From NCBI GenBank assembly GCA_964560625.1, contig CAZLMV010000001.1:3601-36144 (forward strand): a DNA stretch of 32,544 bases. The letters run 5' to 3'. Positions within the stretch are counted from its first letter, which is position 1. Every line of letters begins with the position of its first letter. Shown here piece after piece: positions 1-8,241 of this stretch. This DNA is from an uncultured Bacteroides sp. Lineage in GTDB: Bacteria; Bacteroidota; Bacteroidia; Bacteroidales; Muribaculaceae. The position numbers were made by a program, and so were the translations under genes. The notes under the pieces were generated by a model. It saw only the letters and a program-made list of their open reading frames with translations, had not been told where the DNA came from and made no database searches.

Positions 1-573
1 TTGGCGGTCAATTCGCGCGTCCGCGATGGGATGTCGCTGCTGATTTTGGGCATCATGTTTTCGTCGGCCGTCGGCGCTATCGTGCAGATATTGCAATTTT
101 TAAGTCGCGAGTCGGCGCTGAAAAGCTATGTCGTGTGGACCATGGGTTCGCTCGGCGAGGTTACTTGGCCGCAACTTTGGATTCTTGCTGCGATTACCCT
201 CGTCGGCTTGCTGATTGCGGTGCTGACGGTGAAGGACTTAAACCTGATGATGTTCGGCCCCGTCTTGGCGCGCTCCATGGGCCTGGACCTCCGCCGCAGT
301 CGCAGCCTCATACTTCTGTCAACCACCCTCTTAGCCGGCGGAGTCACCGCCTTCTGCGGCCCCATAGGGTTCGTCGGCTTGGCGGTGCCTCACATTGCCC
401 GTGGGCTCTTCCATTCGGCCGACAATCGCATCCTTCTTCCCGCTTCAGCCCTCTTGGGCGCGGTGATTTTGTTGGGTTGCGACCTGATTTCGCGAGTGTT
501 TGTCTTGCCGATTAATGCCATCACGGCCTTAGTTGGTATCCCAGTGGTTATTTACGTAATTCTCAGAAAATGA
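1..573 (+). CDS. FecCD/BtuC-family ABC importer permease, C-terminal part (gene begins upstream of window)
   Basis: The frame is open from base 1. The translation is multi-TM and includes the FecCD-like stretch LLAGGVTAFCGPIGFVGLAVPHIARGL. Its stop overlaps the next start (ATGA at 570-573), indicating translational coupling to an ABC ATPase. Confidence 0.85.
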   Translation: MAVNSRVRDGMSLLILGIMFSSAVGAIVQILQFLSRESALKSYVVWTMGSLGEVTWPQLWILAAITLVGLLIAVLTVKDLNLMMFGPVLARSMGLDLRRSRSLILLSTTLLAGGVTAFCGPIGFVGLAVPHIARGLFHSADNRILLPASALLGAVILLGCDLISRVFVLPINAITALVGIPVVIYVILRK

Positions 574-1280
574 TTAGGTTAAAGGACGTTAGCATCGGTT
601 ACAAAGACTCGCGGCCACTGCTGCTGAATCAAAGCTGTGAAATCCCTGCAGGGACGCTGACAGCCCTGATTGGGCGCAATGGCAGCGGCAAGTCAACCCT
701 CCTGCGAGCCCTTTGCGGCACTCAGCCGCTCTTTTCTGGCGAAATCCTCTTAGGCAAACTCAACCCCGCCGAAGCCTCCGCCGCCGAGTTGGCCACGGAG
801 CTCAGCGTCGTGACCACCGGACGCGTAAATGCCCGACACATGACCGCCCGTCAGCTCGTGGAAATGGGCCGCGCGCCCATGACCGGACTCTTCGGACGCC
901 TGCATCCCCGCGACGTCGAAGCCGTAAACCGAGCCCTCGAAATGGTGGGCCTCAGCGACTTAGCCGACCGTGAAATCTCAGGCCTCTCCGACGGCGAACA
1001 CCAGCGACTGATGATTGCCCGCGCCCTGGCCCAAGACACCCCCATAATCCTCCTCGACGAGCCAACCGGTTTCCTCGACGTCCCCAACCGCAAAGCCGTC
1101 GCAACCCTCCTCCAAGAATTGTCCCATTCAGAGGGAAAAACCATCCTCTACTCAACCCACGAACTCGACCTCCCCCTCTCCACCGCCGCCCTCATCCTCC
1201 ACCTCACCCCCCCAACCCTCACCCTCAATACCCCAACCCTCACCCGCCAATCCCCCCCCTTCCTCCAAGACTTCACCTGA
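570..1280 (+). CDS. ABC transporter ATP-binding protein (FecE/BtuD-like iron-complex/cobalamin importer ATPase)
   Basis: Walker A GRNGSGKST (nt 672-698), signature LSDGEHQR and Walker B IILLDEPT are present. The gene is coupled to the FecCD permease. The C-terminal ~40 aa are compositionally odd (only L/P/T/S/H/N/Q-type residues) because the DNA there is almost G-free. Confidence 0.9.
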   Translation: MIRLKDVSIGYKDSRPLLLNQSCEIPAGTLTALIGRNGSGKSTLLRALCGTQPLFSGEILLGKLNPAEASAAELATELSVVTTGRVNARHMTARQLVEMGRAPMTGLFGRLHPRDVEAVNRALEMVGLSDLADREISGLSDGEHQRLMIARALAQDTPIILLDEPTGFLDVPNRKAVATLLQELSHSEGKTILYSTHELDLPLSTAALILHLTPPTLTLNTPTLTRQSPPFLQDFT

Positions 1281-1291
1281 AATTACTCTCA

Positions 1292-1380
1292 GACAATAGG
1301 CCGCGGCATGCCGCGACCCTACTGGTGTCACCATTTTACGGATAACATTGTAGGGTCGCGGCATGCCGCGGCCTATTGTC
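1292..1380. repeat. Perfect 31-bp inverted repeat (arms 1292-1322 and 1350-1380, 27-nt spacer); REP/MITE-like element or bidirectional terminator hairpin
   Basis: I checked the arms base by base: gacaataggccgcggcatgccgcgaccctac versus gtagggtcgcggcatgccgcggcctattgtc. Each arm contains the nested palindrome gcggcatgccgc. The element sits between convergent genes ending at 1280 (+) and 1391 (-). Confidence 0.8.
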
Positions 1381-1390
1381 AAATGGGGGA

Positions 1391-2377
1391 TTAGAGGGAG
1401 GAGAAGCGGGTTTTGTGGCGGAGGTAGTATTTGAGGAGGATGTTGGGGCGGGGGGTGAGGAGGTTTTTGGTGGCTTGAGCGGATTTTACTTGGGGGGCCA
1501 TTTTGCGGTAGTCGGCGTGGGCGCGGAGGATGGCTTTGGCGTCGGCGAAGTGGAGGGTGAGGACGGATTTTGCCCAGGCGATGGTGTCTAAAAGTCGGCG
1601 GCGGAAAAGGATTTTTTTGCGGTCGGCTTCGGGGAGGTTTTTGTGGAGCAGGAGGAGGTTATTGCGGAAGTTGAGGTAGGTTTTGCGGGGGTTGCCCATG
1701 GGTAGGGAGCCGCCGCCGAGGTGGAGCACTTCCGCCTGCGGGCAGACCCACACGGACATTCCGCTGAGCCGGATGCGCCAGCAGAGGTCTATTTCCTCCA
1801 TGTGGGCAAAAAAGGACGCGTCCAAGCCGCCGACTTGCTTGTAGACGTCGGTGCGCACCATCAGTGCGGCGCCCGTGGCCCAATCGACTTCCATGGGGTC
1901 CTGATATTGGCCGGAGTCGGTCTCCACGGTGCCGAAAATGCGCCCGCGGCAGTAGGGGTAGCCATATCGGTCAAGGAAGCCGCCACATGCGCCGGCATAT
2001 TCAAATTTTTCGGGGTAGTGCCAGCTGAGAATCTTCGGCTGACAGGCGCCGCAGTCGGGGTGCGACTCCATGAATTCCAATAGGGTAGTGTCCCAACCCT
2101 TGCGGGGGGCTACGTCGGAGTTGAGCAGAATGGTGTATTTCGACTCAACTTGCTCTAAGGCAAGGTTATAACCTTGGGCAAAGCCATGGTTTTCGTCAAA
2201 CCGAATCAGGGGTAATCCGAGCCAGCGGACATAGTCGCACGAGCCGTCGGTCGAGCCATTGTCGGCCACGATTATCTCGCTGATTTCAAGGTCAGAGGCC
2301 TCCAAAACTCGCGGCAGGAACTCCTTGAGCAGGTTCAGGCCGTTCCAGTTGAGAATCACGACTGATATCGGTTTCAT
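1391..2377 (-). CDS. Family 2 glycosyltransferase (rhamnosyltransferase-like GT2)
   Basis: The N-terminus has the GT2 signature VVILNWNG...ADNGSTDGS, followed by LLNSDV (DxD-like) and the GGxxM/FF region GAALMVR...GGLDASFF. The start overlaps the mtaB stop (tcat at 2374-2377). Confidence 0.85.
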   Translation of the reverse strand: MKPISVVILNWNGLNLLKEFLPRVLEASDLEISEIIVADNGSTDGSCDYVRWLGLPLIRFDENHGFAQGYNLALEQVESKYTILLNSDVAPRKGWDTTLLEFMESHPDCGACQPKILSWHYPEKFEYAGACGGFLDRYGYPYCRGRIFGTVETDSGQYQDPMEVDWATGAALMVRTDVYKQVGGLDASFFAHMEEIDLCWRIRLSGMSVWVCPQAEVLHLGGGSLPMGNPRKTYLNFRNNLLLLHKNLPEADRKKILFRRRLLDTIAWAKSVLTLHFADAKAILRAHADYRKMAPQVKSAQATKNLLTPRPNILLKYYLRHKTRFSSL

Positions 2378-3663
2378 TCCACTATGGTGCCGGAAAATTT
2401 ATCGCCCTCCGGCGCGAGCTTTTCGAGCTTAACGTTTACAACTTTATTGGCCAAATCGGGGCGGACCTCGCCGAGCTCCACGCGCAGGTAATTGTCGGTG
2501 AATCCGCCTGATTTACCGTGGTTTACGTGCTCAATCAGCACGGGGCGTACCGTCCCCTCAAATGGCCGACTGAACTCTAAGAGGCTGCGTTGGCTCTCCT
2601 CGAGCATCAGCTCCAAGCGGCGACGCTTTTCCTCGGGGGCCACGACATAGTCAATCTCGCGGAGGGCGCGAGTGCCGGGGCGCTCTGAGTAGGGGAACAC
2701 GTGGAGGCGCGAAATGGGGAGCGATTTGACAAAATTCAGGCTCTCCTCAAAGAGTTCGGGCGTCTCGCCGCGCGACCCTACAATCAGGTCCACGCCGATG
2801 AAGGCATGCGGAATCAGGCGGCGGATGCGGTGAATTTTCTCGGCAAAGAGCTTGGTGTCATAATGGCGGCGCATCAGGCTGAGCACCTGGTCCGACCCGG
2901 CCTGCAGAGGGATGTGGAAATGCGGCATAAAGCGCGGCCCGGCGGCCACGATGTCGATGATCCGGTCAGTCAGCAGGTCCGGCTCAATGGAGCTGATGCG
3001 GAAGCGCTCAATGCCTTCCACTTGGTTCAGGGCCTCGACAAGGTCAGAGAAGTCATGGTCCGTGTTATGGCCGAAATCGCCGATGTTTACGCCCGTCAGG
3101 ACTATCTCCTTGCCCCCCTCGGCGGCCACGTTGCGTGCCATCGTGACGAGCTCTTCTATAGTGCCTGAGCGGGAGCGTCCGCGGGCCGCGGGGATGGTGC
3201 AATAAGAGCAGAAATAGTTGCAACCATCCTGAACCTTAAGGAAATAGCGCGTGCGGTCGCCGCGCGAGCAGGAGGGCATGAACTCGCGCAGATGGTTGGC
3301 CGGAACTACGGGGTTCATCTCCTCAATCAGGCCGGCGCAATAGTCGGCAATGCGCAGCTTGTCGTTAATTCCGGCCACGAGCGCCACTCCGGGGAGCGAC
3401 GCAACTTCAACGGGCTGCAACTGAGAGTAGCAGCCCGTGACTATGATTTTTGCTTGCGGAAACCGGGTGTGGAGCGAGCGAATGAGCCGGCGACATTTGC
3501 GGTCAGCCTCGGCCGTGACAGAGCAGGTGTTGACGATGCAAAAGTCAGGCTGCTCGCCCGGAGCAATGCGCTCGATGCCGCGCGCGGCCATCAGTTGCGC
3601 AATGCTTCCGGTCTCAGCAAAGTTGAGTTTACATCCTAAAGTGGAGAAAAGAGCTTTACTCAC
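2374..3663 (-). CDS. mtaB: Radical-SAM methylthiotransferase, MtaB-like (tRNA t6A37 methylthiotransferase)
   Basis: It has an N-terminal MTTase domain (LGCKLNFAE...NTCSVT), the radical SAM CxxxCxxC motif (CNYFCSYC) and a C-terminal TRAM-like region. The start is GTG at 3663, overlapping the upstream gene's stop. Confidence 0.88.
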   Translation of the reverse strand: MSKALFSTLGCKLNFAETGSIAQLMAARGIERIAPGEQPDFCIVNTCSVTAEADRKCRRLIRSLHTRFPQAKIIVTGCYSQLQPVEVASLPGVALVAGINDKLRIADYCAGLIEEMNPVVPANHLREFMPSCSRGDRTRYFLKVQDGCNYFCSYCTIPAARGRSRSGTIEELVTMARNVAAEGGKEIVLTGVNIGDFGHNTDHDFSDLVEALNQVEGIERFRISSIEPDLLTDRIIDIVAAGPRFMPHFHIPLQAGSDQVLSLMRRHYDTKLFAEKIHRIRRLIPHAFIGVDLIVGSRGETPELFEESLNFVKSLPISRLHVFPYSERPGTRALREIDYVVAPEEKRRRLELMLEESQRSLLEFSRPFEGTVRPVLIEHVNHGKSGGFTDNYLRVELGEVRPDLANKVVNVKLEKLAPEGDKFSGTIVE

Positions 3664-5644
3664 TTACGAAGTTTTGAACTTTCAGGTTGGATATTTTAGA
3701 GTTGAAGTTGCCGGCTTGGGTCAGCGGGAAGAAGAGGGTGCGCACCTGCGCCATCTTGCGGTTGCTGCCGGTGTAAGTCACCCAGCGGATGTTAAGGTCG
3801 TCAACGAGCTTGTCGTTCACGTAGAGCTTGGTGTTGGTGTTGGTGCCGATAACTTTCACGTGGAGCTTTTCGCCGGGGCGGAGATCCTGGCGGAAGGTGT
3901 TGAGGTGACCTTCGCGGCTGAAGGCCATGAGGCCGCTGATGGGGTCAGAGAGCCAGAAAGTGGCGTTGGGGCTCTCAAAGAGCTTGGTGCCGAGGGCTTC
4001 TTGGGCGGCTTCGATGTCAAATTCGATGGTGAAGGGGTAGCCGATTTCCTCAATGGCCATTTTTTCGCCGGGGGTAACTACGGCTGCTTCAAGGACGGTC
4101 TTAGGCTCTAAGCCATACTGCGAGAGATAATTCACGCCGGGGGCCTCTGAAAGACGGGCGCTCTGGGCCTCAAATTCCTCAAAGGGGACGCTCACTTTGT
4201 TGGCGTTCCAGGTCTTAGCGGCCATGGTGGGGAGGGAGTGCATCACGCGGTGGTGGATGTCCTTGACGGTGATTCCGTTATTGGGGTGGTCATTCCACAC
4301 GGCAAACATGCCGCCTTCGATCTGCTTGATGGTGTCGCCGGTGAATTCGATGCCGCCGATATTGGCCGGAGTCCACTTATTATAGAGCATCTTATTGTTC
4401 AGATAATCATAATAATAACCGGCTGCGGGCACGATGTAGACGTAGCCGTCAGGGATGGAAACCATGCGGTAGCCCTGCTTGATCATGTCGCGGGGATTGG
4501 CATAGCCGTTGCTCCAGCCATACATCAGCACTCCTTCGGACTGCACGGGGGTCTGGCCCTTGGCGTGGGTCAGCGAGCCCCAGATCAGCGGCTCCTTGCC
4601 GTGATTCTTGGTGAAAGTGATGTAGCGGTCAGTGAATGCGCGGAATTGCTCCATGGTCAGCGAGTCGCCCTGATATTCGTCGGTGCCGATATGGAAGCGG
4701 CGACCGGTAAACACGGGGTCTTCGCCGCCAATGTATTCTTCCAAGAGGGTTTCAAGGAATTCGTGGGTCTCGGGCTTGGTGATGTCGAGGTGGTCCTGGC
4801 CGTTGCGACCGGTGCTGGCAATTTCGGGTTTCAGGCGGGTGAAGGCCAGCGAGTGGGCGGGGAAGTCTATTTCGGGGATGATTTCAATGCCCTTGGTGGC
4901 GGCATAGGCGATCAGGTCGCGAAATTCCTGCTTAGTGTAGGAGCCGTCGCGGGCGGTGAGCTCGGGGAAGTTGCTGCTCTCCATGCGGAATGCGGCCTGC
5001 GTCTTGTCCCAATCGTCGTCGAAATAATATTTGAAGCCGTTGTCGTTGAGGTGGAGATGAAGGGTGTTCATCTTGTAGTAAGACATGGCGTCAACGAGCT
5101 TGTAGAGGTAATCCATGGGGATGTATTTGCGTCCGCAGTCAAGCATAAAGCCGCGCATGGCAAACTCGGGTGAGTCGGTGATGACGCCGACGGGCAGCGA
5201 GAGGTCGCCGGAAAGCTCGCTCATCTGCAGCAGGGTGCGGGTGCCCCAGTAGAGGCCCTGCTCGGTGGGGGCGGTGATGACCACTCCGGCGGGGGTCACG
5301 GTGATGGTGTATGATTCCGGATTAGCCTTCTTATTAGCTTTGATTTTCAGGGTGATATCGCCTTTTTGGGCCTTTTGGCCGGGGGCGGAAGCGATGGAAG
5401 AGCCGGTCAGGGTGGTGTAATCCTGGCTGAGCATTTGAGCTACGCGGGCGGCAGCTGCGTCCTTGCTATCGGTGACGATGCGCGAGGAGGTGGTGGGGGT
5501 GAAACGGCCCTCTCCGCCTTTCCAGCCGGACACTTCGGGCACGGTGAAAGGCTTGGCGTTGACGTCGGCCAACACGGGAGTTGCACAAACGGCGACACCG
5601 CAACAGATCACGGCTGCCTTAAGCATGGTTTTTGTGAAGCTCAT
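3656..5644 (-). CDS. Secreted GH20 beta-N-acetylhexosaminidase with an extra C-terminal domain
   Basis: A signal peptide is present, along with GH20 catalytic-domain motifs (RGFMLDCGRKY, NTLHLHLNDN, FHIGTDEY with the D-E pair). About 170 aa of unassigned C-terminal sequence follow. Confidence 0.85.
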   Translation of the reverse strand: MSFTKTMLKAAVICCGVAVCATPVLADVNAKPFTVPEVSGWKGGEGRFTPTTSSRIVTDSKDAAAARVAQMLSQDYTTLTGSSIASAPGQKAQKGDITLKIKANKKANPESYTITVTPAGVVITAPTEQGLYWGTRTLLQMSELSGDLSLPVGVITDSPEFAMRGFMLDCGRKYIPMDYLYKLVDAMSYYKMNTLHLHLNDNGFKYYFDDDWDKTQAAFRMESSNFPELTARDGSYTKQEFRDLIAYAATKGIEIIPEIDFPAHSLAFTRLKPEIASTGRNGQDHLDITKPETHEFLETLLEEYIGGEDPVFTGRRFHIGTDEYQGDSLTMEQFRAFTDRYITFTKNHGKEPLIWGSLTHAKGQTPVQSEGVLMYGWSNGYANPRDMIKQGYRMVSIPDGYVYIVPAAGYYYDYLNNKMLYNKWTPANIGGIEFTGDTIKQIEGGMFAVWNDHPNNGITVKDIHHRVMHSLPTMAAKTWNANKVSVPFEEFEAQSARLSEAPGVNYLSQYGLEPKTVLEAAVVTPGEKMAIEEIGYPFTIEFDIEAAQEALGTKLFESPNATFWLSDPISGLMAFSREGHLNTFRQDLRPGEKLHVKVIGTNTNTKLYVNDKLVDDLNIRWVTYTGSNRKMAQVRTLFFPLTQAGNFNSKISNLKVQNFVSE

Positions 5645-5680
5645 ATAAAGAAAATGATGAATGGTTTAAAAATTTCTCCA

Positions 5681-5688
5681 CAAAGTTA
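5681..5688 (-). promoter_or_regulatory. Bacteroidota -7 promoter box TAACTTTG for the hexosaminidase-mtaB-GT2 operon
   Basis: The minus-strand sequence is TAACTTTG, matching the TAnnTTTG consensus. It lies 37 nt upstream of the ATG at 5644. Confidence 0.55.
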
Positions 5689-5723
5689 CGAATAAATATC
5701 GGAAGTTGAAAATGAATTGCCAA

Positions 5724-7196
5724 TTATTTTACAAACCTCTGAGCGCCGCGCACGGTCAGAATCACCAAAAAGAGCAGCGCCGCAATCAGTAGCAGGCCGT
5801 AAATCTCCTTGCATGAGACGATTAAGGCCTGCGCCTGAGCCGCGTCGATGAGCGACATGTCCGGCAGCCCGGCGGTGAGCATGGTGAGGTTCTTGGCCAT
5901 GACGTGGCGCAGGAGTTCGCCGATAATGGCCGGACCGAGCGTCGCGCCCATCACTGCCCCCGTGAAACCATTCACGACCAACGCCTGCGGAAACACCATG
6001 AAGGGCAACCCGCTTCGCACTATGGAGGTGAGAAACACAATGGAGATACTGACTGAGGCAAATCCGCGCATAAATAGCGGCAGGGCAAGCTGTTGCTTCT
6101 CAAGATTAAAGTCTATGTTGAAGTAAAACCACGCCAAATAAGCCGCTAAGAAAGCGAAGCCGATGATGCTCATGGGCAAATAGCCCCACTTGCGGCGCGC
6201 AAAAGTGACGTAAGTGAAGGCGCAACCGGCTAATATTCCGAAGAATACGTACCAGTTAAGGTCTATCAGGTTTGTCTCGTCAAAGCCGAGGATTGACGCC
6301 GCATAGGAATGTTCAATCACGTGCTCCGTGCCTAATAACGTGAAGAATATCAGGTTGATAACCACGGCAATTACTACTCTGCGGTTAGTCATGGCCGGCC
6401 AGGAGATGTAAGGATGCCGCAAATAGCCCGCGCGCACCAAGTTGATGGCCAAGCAAGCCAAGCCGATGAGCGACGCAACGCAGATTTCCCGCGACTCAAA
6501 CCAGTCGTAAAAATCGCCGTAGACACACACGAAAGTGAACGCCATCATCACGGCCGTCCAGAGCGCACCGCCGAGCCAGTCGATGCCCAAAAGAGGGATA
6601 AACATGTGTGGGCGCACGGGCCGAAAAATGGTCAGCACAAGGAGCATCATCAGCGCCAATGCGCCAATCATGATCAGGTGCATCAGCTGCCAGTCAAGGT
6701 GAAAAGCCGAGTAAATGGCCGCGATGCCGCTCAGCTGAATCACGGACTCCACGATGAGGTAGACATAACAGAAAAACACCGACATGTCGCGCGTCGGCGT
6801 AAGCCAGAGCTGGATGGTGGAATTGCACGCAAAAGTGGCCTGCATGCGGAAGAATCCCGCAATCAGACAGGTCACGACCAAGACGGCCACCGAGTCCGTT
6901 ATCGAGCAGATTATCAACGAGATAATCAACACGGCGGCACACACCAAGAGCTGCAAATAGGTGGAAAAGCGGAATTTGATGCGAAACATCACGGCGAAGT
7001 TGATTGCCAAGCCGATGAGCGAGGCATAACCCGCCATCAGGATATCCTCTTGCATCAATCCCGTAGTGCCGACCATGTCTGACGCCGCCGCAAGGTAGAG
7101 GCCGCCGGAAAACTGCACTATCAGGACGAAAAAGATGAATATCCAGGGCTTGAGCCGTGGTGCAACAAAATCTTTAACGTCTGGAATTTCAAACAT
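5724..7196 (-). CDS. Polytopic inner-membrane transporter of the efflux operon (EmrB/DHA2-MFS-like by position; about 12-14 TM segments)
   Basis: The 490-aa product is almost entirely hydrophobic helices. It is the last gene of a TolC-HlyD operon. I could not see the classical MFS motif A, so the family assignment is tentative. Confidence 0.6.
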   Translation of the reverse strand: MFEIPDVKDFVAPRLKPWIFIFFVLIVQFSGGLYLAAASDMVGTTGLMQEDILMAGYASLIGLAINFAVMFRIKFRFSTYLQLLVCAAVLIISLIICSITDSVAVLVVTCLIAGFFRMQATFACNSTIQLWLTPTRDMSVFFCYVYLIVESVIQLSGIAAIYSAFHLDWQLMHLIMIGALALMMLLVLTIFRPVRPHMFIPLLGIDWLGGALWTAVMMAFTFVCVYGDFYDWFESREICVASLIGLACLAINLVRAGYLRHPYISWPAMTNRRVVIAVVINLIFFTLLGTEHVIEHSYAASILGFDETNLIDLNWYVFFGILAGCAFTYVTFARRKWGYLPMSIIGFAFLAAYLAWFYFNIDFNLEKQQLALPLFMRGFASVSISIVFLTSIVRSGLPFMVFPQALVVNGFTGAVMGATLGPAIIGELLRHVMAKNLTMLTAGLPDMSLIDAAQAQALIVSCKEIYGLLLIAALLFLVILTVRGAQRFVK

Positions 7197-7209
7197 TTAC
7201 GTTGCCGTT

Positions 7210-8241
7210 TTATTTGATGACACATTCTGCATTCATTCCGGCGCGCAACTTGGCCATCTCCTCTGCGGAATTGGATTCGCTGAAACGGATGCGCACGGGC
7301 ACGCGCTGGCGCACCTTGACGAAGTTGCCCGATGAATTATCATGTGGCAGCGGCGACAGGGCGCTACCGGTGGCCGACGAGATGGACTCCACCGCGCCCT
7401 CAAATGTCACTCCGGGGATGGCGTCGACCTCAATCTCCACGGACGAGCCCGGAGCGATGTTTTTCAGCTGTGTTTCCTTATAATTAGCGGCCACCCAGAC
7501 GTCTCCGCTATCGATGATGGAGAGCAGCAGCTGGCCGGGCTGAATCAGTTGCCCCTCCTGAATATCCTTGCGGGAGCAGTAACCTGCACAGGGAGCGACG
7601 ATTGCGGTGTAAGAAAGGTTCAGCTCGGCAGTCTCCACCACGGCCTGCGCAAGCTCGATTCCGGCCTCCGATTGCGAGATGCGGCTGCGGTTGACGTCGA
7701 CCACCGATGACGTGGCCGATTTCTGTTGCGCCAAGGTCTGATAGCGTGCGCGTTTGGCCTCATAGTCAGTCTTAACGGCATCATATTCGCGGCGGGTCAC
7801 GGCCTCCTGCTCCAAGAGCTTTTCATAACGATTGAGGTCGGTCAACGCTTGCTCCATCAATACTTTAGCCTCTAAAATTGAAGCATCACTTACAGCTACG
7901 TTGGCCGCCGCAGAGCTGACCGATTGGTTGGCCACGGAGTGTCCGGCCAAGGCATTTTGGAGCTCGGCCTTTGCGCGCATAAGGTTGAGGCGAAGGTCTG
8001 AATCATCGATGATCACGAGGGTGTCGCCCTTGCTGACGGGCTGATATTCACTGAAGCGGATTTCCTTGATGTAGCCTTGCACGCGGCTGTTGACCGGTAC
8101 GATCTGCATCTTTACTTCGGCATTATCGGTAAATTCGCCGCCACTGAGATGAAAAAGGCGTGAGCAAATCCAGCATGCGGCGCCGATGATCACGAGCGCG
8201 CTGACGACGTAAGAAATCTGTTTTTTGGTACGGTATTTCAT
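7210..8241 (-). CDS. HlyD/EmrA-family membrane fusion (periplasmic adaptor) protein
   Basis: It has a single N-terminal TM, a biotinyl-lipoyl-like segment (QGYIKEIRFSEYQPVSKGDTLVIIDD), a long coiled-coil and a beta-barrel C-terminus. The start overlaps the tolC stop (ATGA at 8238-8241). Confidence 0.85.
   Translation of the reverse strand: MKYRTKKQISYVVSALVIIGAACWICSRLFHLSGGEFTDNAEVKMQIVPVNSRVQGYIKEIRFSEYQPVSKGDTLVIIDDSDLRLNLMRAKAELQNALAGHSVANQSVSSAAANVAVSDASILEAKVLMEQALTDLNRYEKLLEQEAVTRREYDAVKTDYEAKRARYQTLAQQKSATSSVVDVNRSRISQSEAGIELAQAVVETAELNLSYTAIVAPCAGYCSRKDIQEGQLIQPGQLLLSIIDSGDVWVAANYKETQLKNIAPGSSVEIEVDAIPGVTFEGAVESISSATGSALSPLPHDNSSGNFVKVRQRVPVRIRFSESNSAEEMAKLRAGMNAECVIK

Noticed and set aside
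1-1280. Assigning the FecCD/ABC pair as the btuCD genes of the B12 operon at 21-26 kb.
   Set aside because: The pair is 20 kb away on the opposite strand with unrelated operons in between. The substrate (siderophore, haem or cobalamin) cannot be told from these sequences alone.
1152-1591. ORFs 1152-1382 (-) and 1376-1591 (+) spanning the inverted repeat and the G/C-skewed tracts.
   Set aside because: Their translations are Gly/Glu runs produced by reading the skewed DNA in the wrong strand or frame. They overlap well-supported genes and the 31-bp inverted repeat.
4238-5173. A 311-aa plus-strand ORF inside the GH20 gene. Similar long antisense ORFs occur at 6414-7082, 12967-13623, 14109-14762, 14812-15447 and 19471-19890.
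   Set aside because: All lie antisense to genes with clear family motifs. Their translations are low-complexity (G/A/V/H/R-rich), and they lack promoter boxes or plausible starts. They are artefacts of high GC.
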